Positions 24,838 through 30,137 of a DNA stretch of 30,137 nucleotides are shown here, piece by piece (position 1 is the stretch's first letter; each line of letters opens with the position of its first letter). Both the position numbers and the translations under genes were made by a program. The DNA lies in the IMG/VR virus record IMGVR_UViG_3300050032_000061, positions 1 through 30,137 of that record; one strand, 5' to 3'. The notes below the pieces were generated by a model. That model worked only from the letters and a program-made list of their open reading frames with translations. It was not told where the DNA came from and did no database searches. The stretch is from a virus. Lineage: Duplodnaviria > Caudoviricetes.

Positions 24838-27800
24838 ATGCGGCGTTTCATTTGGGTAATCATGTTTCTTATCGGAGCGCCGCTGGCCCTCTGCCAAACC
24901 TATGGTCGTTTGGACTTTAGCCTTCAGAACGCGCAAGGGCAGGCTATCGCAGGCGCAAAGGTAAATGTCTACGCTCAATCTGCGTGTGGAACTGCCTATA
25001 GTGGGCAGGCACAACTTTATTCCACCGCTACCGGCGGCGCAATCTCGCAGCCTGTATACACGGATGGGTTTGGTCACGCTTACGCCTATACTGCACCGGG
25101 GTGCGTGACGGTAGTTTACTGGAGCCAATACACCGGGACGCTGACCTATGCTGATCAGGCTGTTTCAATCGGCGCCACCGGTTCAGGATGCGGCGTTAGC
25201 GGAGCCTGCACAATCGCACAGGGTGGCACGGGCGCAACCACAGCAGCAGGGGCGGCAACGAACATCGTCAACGAGAACGTGATTTTTCCGAGCAGCGTGA
25301 CAGTCGGACCTGTTCTCATCGGGCCTCTTACGAGCGGATCAACGAATACCCTTTCAACTCCGGGGACTTACGTTGTCACAAATAACATGACGGGGCCGAT
25401 TGGGGGCTATCTTTTTAACATCACAACCAGCGGCGTCAGTCTTCAGTGCGCGGCGGGGGTTGTTCTAAAAAATGGTGGGGGGGGTATCATTCATATCGCG
25501 GTCGGGAATACAAACAACGCGGTTGAGGTCGATAATTGTGGCCTCGATATGAATTCAGTTGCCAGCTCGAAAGGCATTTTCGTAGACGGGTCCGTTCATG
25601 TCAAGCTAGATAACAATACAAGCGTGGTCACTAATGTTGTTTCTGGCAGTTACGACCTCTATATTTTCTCACCGAGCGTTCTCAACATCGGAAGCTACGA
25701 GGGTGTATACGAGAGTAACACTTTTAACACAGTCAATATTCAGGGGAATGGGGATTCGTTCCCAGTCACGACTCAGACCTTCATAGGGAATCAAATCGGA
25801 AGCGTAATAGATAATTCAGGGCAGGCGACAATATCTTTTCACGGAGGATCAATTGCTCCGGTGGCTGGCGGTTCAAATCCTGCATTTGTCCTGACAAGTG
25901 TTCTCGGCCTTACCGTGGAGAGTGTAGATTTTGAGGGATCGAATGGCACGATTTTTGATTGCACGTCCACTTGCTACCATGTTTACACTCACGACAACAT
26001 CATGGACGGCTGGGGATTTCCCGGTGGGGCTTATTCTTCAGGGACTTTCGTAGACAGCCAACTGTGCGATATTTATGAACCGGCAGGGCTTCACGGATGT
26101 TATATCAACACGTCGGGACCGACCACGACCGTGCAAGACCCAGATTATACGCTCGCCTTTAGTTATGGGGCTCCCTATGTGGGAAACGTATGGGATTTTT
26201 GCGTTAACGGCAAGGCGGTGTCTGGCTCAACGGTGAATCTTTACGATATTACATTACCCGGATTATGCGAAGAGTTTACTGATTCAGCTTTTACTGTGGA
26301 CACGGAAACAGCGGGTACAAATCCCCGTACCCGGACGAACATATTAACCATAAATTCAGGGGGCATCATAGGCCCGACCATCAGTACGCCCCACATCCCC
26401 GATTACATTGATTTTCCAGTTAAAATTAGCGGTGGAAAAGATTGGCGTTTAGAGCCGAATGCTACTAGTGCTGGAACTCTCGATGTGCTTGACGTAACTG
26501 ATAGCATAACACCTATTTCTTTTCGACCTTCTCCCATTAATGGCGTGAATCTTAATTGGGGGCTTTTCACTCAAGGAACGCTTTCAGAACCCTGTAGCGG
26601 TTGCGGCTCGGGGTACTACGGGCTATGGCCGTCCAGCGCCTACGGCAACCGCTGGGTGATGTACAGTAATGGTGGAATGCCTCAAGCTATTGCTGGGTTG
26701 AATTCCCCAACGACTACTCTAGGGGATTGCGTTGAATTCGCGGACACGATAGGCAGCTTAGAAGATACGGGATCACCTTGTGTTTCTGGGGGCGGCAGCG
26801 GCACAGGCTTCAACGGCGGAGCGGGAACCAGCTTTCAGGACGCGCTGGAGATAGCGGCTCCGGCCAATCCAGCATCCACCTACGACCGTCTGTATCTGGA
26901 TTCTACTGCGCACCAACTCAAATGCCTCACCAGTTCTGGCGGTAGTTGTATGCCGAGCGGCAGCATGACTTACCCTGGTACGGGAATTGGCGTTTCTACC
27001 GGCTCAGCCTGGGGCACATCGCTCACAGCACCCTCTGGAACCATTGTCGGCACCACAGACACGCAGACGCTTACCAACAAGACGCTGGACGGCGTGACGC
27101 CCACGGTGATGGGTTACGTGGACCCTACGAGCAGCATTCAGTCGCAGTTGAACGGCAAGCAAGCCACACTGACCAATCCAGTCACGGGCCCCGGTAGCGG
27201 AGCAACGGTAGGTCATTTGGCCGTGATGGGCAATACTGCGGGCACGTCGATCATAGACGGCGGCGCGGTGCCATCAGCGTATACTCTGCCAACAGCAACC
27301 TCGTCTACCCTGGGCGGCGTGAAGCCGGATGGGACCACGATCAGCAATTCCAGCGGTGCGATCTCAGTCGCCAATCCCTACAACCCCGCCTCTGTAGCCA
27401 TTACGGGCGGCACGATCGACGGAACGGTCATCGGCGGCACGACTCCAGCAGCAGGCACATTCACATCTGTAACCGCAACCGGATGCGTGGGCTGTGCAGG
27501 CGCTTTCACGGCGACCGCGGGCACAGCGCCGACAGGTGCAGCAGGCATAGCGATCTACTCCACCGATGCGACTGTAGGGTACGCAGAGGTAAACGAGAAC
27601 AACACTGGCCTGTCGCGCGTCTGCACAGCGGCGAATGGTCAATGCACAGGCAGCGGTTCCGGCACTATCGGCACTGGTATAGCTGGAGAACTTACCTACT
27701 ACGCCGCTAATGGAACGGCCGTCAGTGGGCAGCCAAACATCACAACCACCGGCAACGGCGATGTGACCATAGCGGCACCGTCTACAGCCGCGCCGAACGT

Positions 27801-30137
27801 GTCAGTAACGCTTACCCCGCATGTCAATTCCCTTGCCGTGCAGGGCGTAGACACGATCAATTTCAGCGAGTGGTACGCACAGGAGTGGGATGGACACGGC
27901 ACATCGCCCAGCTACTGGGAACTGTACGACGGCACGATCAACCGCTTCCTCGCAACCACCTATCCGCATGGCGGCAGCACTTCAATAGACTCAGTTTCCA
28001 CACTGGCGGTGAATATCAACGACCAGGCGAACAGCGGAACGGGTGGATTGAATGTCTACTCCGGCGGCGCTACACCGACACAGGTTGCAAGCATCAGCAG
28101 CGCCGGAGTTCCGACTTTTACCGGCATTGAAGGCGCTGCCACCTACTGCGTACAGATTAGCGCGGCGGGGATATTGAGCAACACGGGTGCTGCTTGCCCC
28201 GCTGTAGGTACATGGGGCACGTTAAATTATCCAACGTGGACTACCGGAACTCCGTTCGTGAAGATGACAGCACCAGGAACGTTCGCATTGGATACGACCG
28301 TATATCAGACCGCGCTGACCAATCCTGTTACCGGCCCCGGCAGTGGCGCGACGGTGGGCCATCTGGCGGTAATGGGCAACACGAGCGGAACAAACATCAC
28401 AGACGGCGGCGCGGTGCCTTCAGCCTACACACTGCCGACAGCTACGACTACAGTTCTAGGCGGCGTTCTGCTTGGAGCAACGGGCGGGGCGAACGTCTAT
28501 CTCGGCTACACCCCAGCCAATTGCACGGCGGGAACAACCGGAAGCGCTTGCCTGCAACTGAGTAGCGGCACAATCCCTTATGCGACAATCCCCTTTGGCA
28601 CAGCGACGAATACGGTAGCGGAAGGCGGAGTCATCACGGCGGCAGGGCCGACAGGCGGCGCAACCGCTATCCCGGTTATTACCTACAACGCAGCGGGTCA
28701 GTTGACTACCGTAACCACAGCCACGCCAACAGTGGCTACCGTGCAGGGCGGCACAACTGGGCAGATTCTTTATCAAAGCGCGGCGAACACGACGGGCTTT
28801 GTTTCTCCTGGTTCATGGACCACCGGGCACACTTTTATTCCAGTATGGCAACCATCAGGATCGGCGCTTGCCCCTGTAGTGGTGGATGCTAATACGCTGG
28901 TAGTGAACAGTGCAGCCACAGCTACCAGTGCGACCTCAGCTACAACGGCTGGAACTCTAACCACCGCTCTGTCGGCCAATCAAGTGCTCGGTTCTCTGAC
29001 CGCTGTTGCACCCTCTGGTCTTTCAATGACTGACTGCCATGCGGCTGCGGATGCCGTGACTTGGACCGCAGGTACAGGATTCGGATGCAACACTAGCATC
29101 ACGGCAAATACGGCCAGCACGGCAACTACAGCAGGTAACCTAAGTGGCACGCCAGCACTACCCAATGGCACCACGGCCACAACGCAAACGGCGGGAGACA
29201 ATTCGACCAAGCTAGCGACGACAGCTTACGTCGCAACGGCTGTAACCAACGGAGCGTACACGCTGCCAGCCGCAACCTCGTCCACGCTCGGAGGCGTGAA
29301 GCCGGACGGAACGACTATCGCCAACTCTAGCGGCGCGATCTCTTGCACCACGGCCACCACGAGCCAAGTGGGCTGCGCGAAACTCGGTGCGACAGGCGGC
29401 TCGGACGTGTATGGTGCGGCGGCGGCAGTATCGACAGCTTCAATCGGCGCGGTCTCAACCGCAACAACGGTTAACGGCCACGCACTGAGTAGCAACGTCA
29501 CAGTAAGCGCATCCGATCTGACCACTGGCACATTGCCTCACGCGCAGTTGCCCACACTGCTTTCCGGCGACATACCAAACAACGCAGCCAACACCACAGG
29601 CAACGCGGCCACAGCTACCAATGTCCCCTACTCTGGCCTTACTGGCACGGTTCCTACTTGGAATCAGAACACGACTGGGACAGCGGCCAACATCACGGCG
29701 ACCTCCAACTCCACGCTGACCACGCTTCCCAGCCTGGCTCTTCCTTACTCGCAGCTGAGTGGAACGCCGTCTGCCTATGTCCTCCCCACGGCGACTTCGA
29801 CTGTGCTCGGAGGAGTAAAACCGGATGGAACAAGCATTCTCAACACGGCGGGCGCAATCTCGGCAACAGCGGCAAGCGTTGGGGCAGATGCGTCTGGCGC
29901 AGCGGCGACGGCTCAGAGCAATGCAGAGACTTATGCCTCGAACGCTTCCAACCTAAGCAGCGGTACGGTAGCCCTTGCGCGAATGGCTCAGTCTAATACC
30001 TCGACTAGCGGCTACCTGAGCAGCACTGATTGGAATACATTCAACGGCAAACAAGCGGCGCTTAGTCTAGTGGCTGGAACGTATGTGAGCGGAGATCTAT
30101 GCAGTTACACTTCCACTGGAACATTGCTTAATTGCAA
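24838..30137 (+). CDS. Tail spike/fibre, at least 1766 aa, 3'-truncated, with N-terminal signal peptide
   Basis: Manually translated with no stop to the window end; AGGAGG SD at 24828-24833. Tailspike head-binding-like N-domain, beta-helix-like region, then fibre motifs (IAQGGTGATT, TQTLTNKTL, IQSQLNGKQ, ITGGTIDGTVIGG, DNSTKLATTAYV, YTLP.AT...LGGVK, GYLSSTDWNTFNGKQ). Confidence 0.9.
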   Translation, partial: MRRFIWVIMFLIGAPLALCQTYGRLDFSLQNAQGQAIAGAKVNVYAQSACGTAYSGQAQLYSTATGGAISQPVYTDGFGHAYAYTAPGCVTVVYWSQYTGTLTYADQAVSIGATGSGCGVSGACTIAQGGTGATTAAGAATNIVNENVIFPSSVTVGPVLIGPLTSGSTNTLSTPGTYVVTNNMTGPIGGYLFNITTSGVSLQCAAGVVLKNGGGGIIHIAVGNTNNAVEVDNCGLDMNSVASSKGIFVDGSVHVKLDNNTSVVTNVVSGSYDLYIFSPSVLNIGSYEGVYESNTFNTVNIQGNGDSFPVTTQTFIGNQIGSVIDNSGQATISFHGGSIAPVAGGSNPAFVLTSVLGLTVESVDFEGSNGTIFDCTSTCYHVYTHDNIMDGWGFPGGAYSSGTFVDSQLCDIYEPAGLHGCYINTSGPTTTVQDPDYTLAFSYGAPYVGNVWDFCVNGKAVSGSTVNLYDITLPGLCEEFTDSAFTVDTETAGTNPRTRTNILTINSGGIIGPTISTPHIPDYIDFPVKISGGKDWRLEPNATSAGTLDVLDVTDSITPISFRPSPINGVNLNWGLFTQGTLSEPCSGCGSGYYGLWPSSAYGNRWVMYSNGGMPQAIAGLNSPTTTLGDCVEFADTIGSLEDTGSPCVSGGGSGTGFNGGAGTSFQDALEIAAPANPASTYDRLYLDSTAHQLKCLTSSGGSCMPSGSMTYPGTGIGVSTGSAWGTSLTAPSGTIVGTTDTQTLTNKTLDGVTPTVMGYVDPTSSIQSQLNGKQATLTNPVTGPGSGATVGHLAVMGNTAGTSIIDGGAVPSAYTLPTATSSTLGGVKPDGTTISNSSGAISVANPYNPASVAITGGTIDGTVIGGTTPAAGTFTSVTATGCVGCAGAFTATAGTAPTGAAGIAIYSTDATVGYAEVNENNTGLSRVCTAANGQCTGSGSGTIGTGIAGELTYYAANGTAVSGQPNITTTGNGDVTIAAPSTAAPNVSVTLTPHVNSLAVQGVDTINFSEWYAQEWDGHGTSPSYWELYDGTINRFLATTYPHGGSTSIDSVSTLAVNINDQANSGTGGLNVYSGGATPTQVASISSAGVPTFTGIEGAATYCVQISAAGILSNTGAACPAVGTWGTLNYPTWTTGTPFVKMTAPGTFALDTTVYQTALTNPVTGPGSGATVGHLAVMGNTSGTNITDGGAVPSAYTLPTATTTVLGGVLLGATGGANVYLGYTPANCTAGTTGSACLQLSSGTIPYATIPFGTATNTVAEGGVITAAGPTGGATAIPVITYNAAGQLTTVTTATPTVATVQGGTTGQILYQSAANTTGFVSPGSWTTGHTFIPVWQPSGSALAPVVVDANTLVVNSAATATSATSATTAGTLTTALSANQVLGSLTAVAPSGLSMTDCHAAADAVTWTAGTGFGCNTSITANTASTATTAGNLSGTPALPNGTTATTQTAGDNSTKLATTAYVATAVTNGAYTLPAATSSTLGGVKPDGTTIANSSGAISCTTATTSQVGCAKLGATGGSDVYGAAAAVSTASIGAVSTATTVNGHALSSNVTVSASDLTTGTLPHAQLPTLLSGDIPNNAANTTGNAATATNVPYSGLTGTVPTWNQNTTGTAANITATSNSTLTTLPSLALPYSQLSGTPSAYVLPTATSTVLGGVKPDGTSILNTAGAISATAASVGADASGAAATAQSNAETYASNASNLSSGTVALARMAQSNTSTSGYLSSTDWNTFNGKQAALSLVAGTYVSGDLCSYTSTGTLLNC
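27169..29862 (+). repeat. Internal protein repeats of the tail fibre
   Basis: 44-codon repeat at 27169-27300 and 28315-28446. AY[TV]LP.AT...LGGV(KPDGT.I.N..GAIS) at 27277, 28423 (partial), 29254 and 29773. Confidence 0.85.

Noticed and set aside
24803-24845. 10-bp direct repeat TCATGCGGCG and upstream in-frame ATG at 24805 as a target-site duplication or alternative fibre start
   Set aside because: Both copies are at the same end of the endonuclease gene, so they do not flank it, and only ATG 24838 has an SD.
24883-24894. LALC as a lipoprotein lipobox
   Set aside because: The -1 residue is Leu rather than Gly/Ala/Ser, so A-L-C|Q fits SPase I better. Not fully excluded without SignalP.
25477-25484. 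G8 tract in the fibre gene (also G8 at 20075-20082) as phase-variation sites
   Set aside because: Both are short, in frame and explained by Gly codons or an SD; no read-level evidence of length variation is available.
27169-28446. Fibre repeat pair as a DGR template/variable repeat
   Set aside because: Differences are synonymous third-position changes of all base types rather than adenine-specific, both copies are in frame in one gene, and there is no reverse transcriptase in the window.
567-29996. Numerous minus-strand and alternative-frame ORFs in the track, including all those listed after 24826
   Set aside because: They overlap well-supported plus-strand genes and lack recognisable motifs. 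The apparent coding gap after 24829 arises because the fibre ORF has no stop inside the window.
1-30137. CRISPR array, tRNA, integrase, lysis cassette, stop-codon recoding
   Set aside because: No spaced repeats, cloverleaf, recombinase or endolysin motifs were seen, and genes end normally at TAA, TAG and TGA under the standard code.

Overview
A 30-kb virion morphogenesis module of a tailed dsDNA phage or prophage with podovirus (P22/T7-like) organisation, almost entirely on the + strand. Order: divergent promoter region, terS, a 30-aa membrane micropeptide, terL, six small hypotheticals, large portal, histidine phosphatase, scaffold, structured leader, major capsid, GroES-like co-chaperonin, two hypotheticals, head-tail adaptor, small tail protein, 1704-aa nozzle, FN3-like protein, GNAT-like protein, three ejection-type proteins, a structural protein, a free-standing GIY-YIG/NUMOD3 endonuclease, and a tail spike/fibre ORF (24838 to the window end, at least 1766 codons) that is missing from the ORF track. 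The main finding is in that last ORF. It starts with a Sec-type signal peptide ahead of a P22-tailspike-like head-binding domain, and its 32 mature cysteines fall into 16 neighbouring pairs. This suggests a receptor-binding protein that is exported, oxidatively folded outside the cytoplasm and added to particles at or after lysis. Other notable items are a switch-like RNA leader with a compact pseudoknot and an anti-SD before the capsid gene, a Walker-B 'DQAE' terminase, and nested homologous domains in the nozzle. All family calls come from motif recognition and synteny by eye; no database searches were run.
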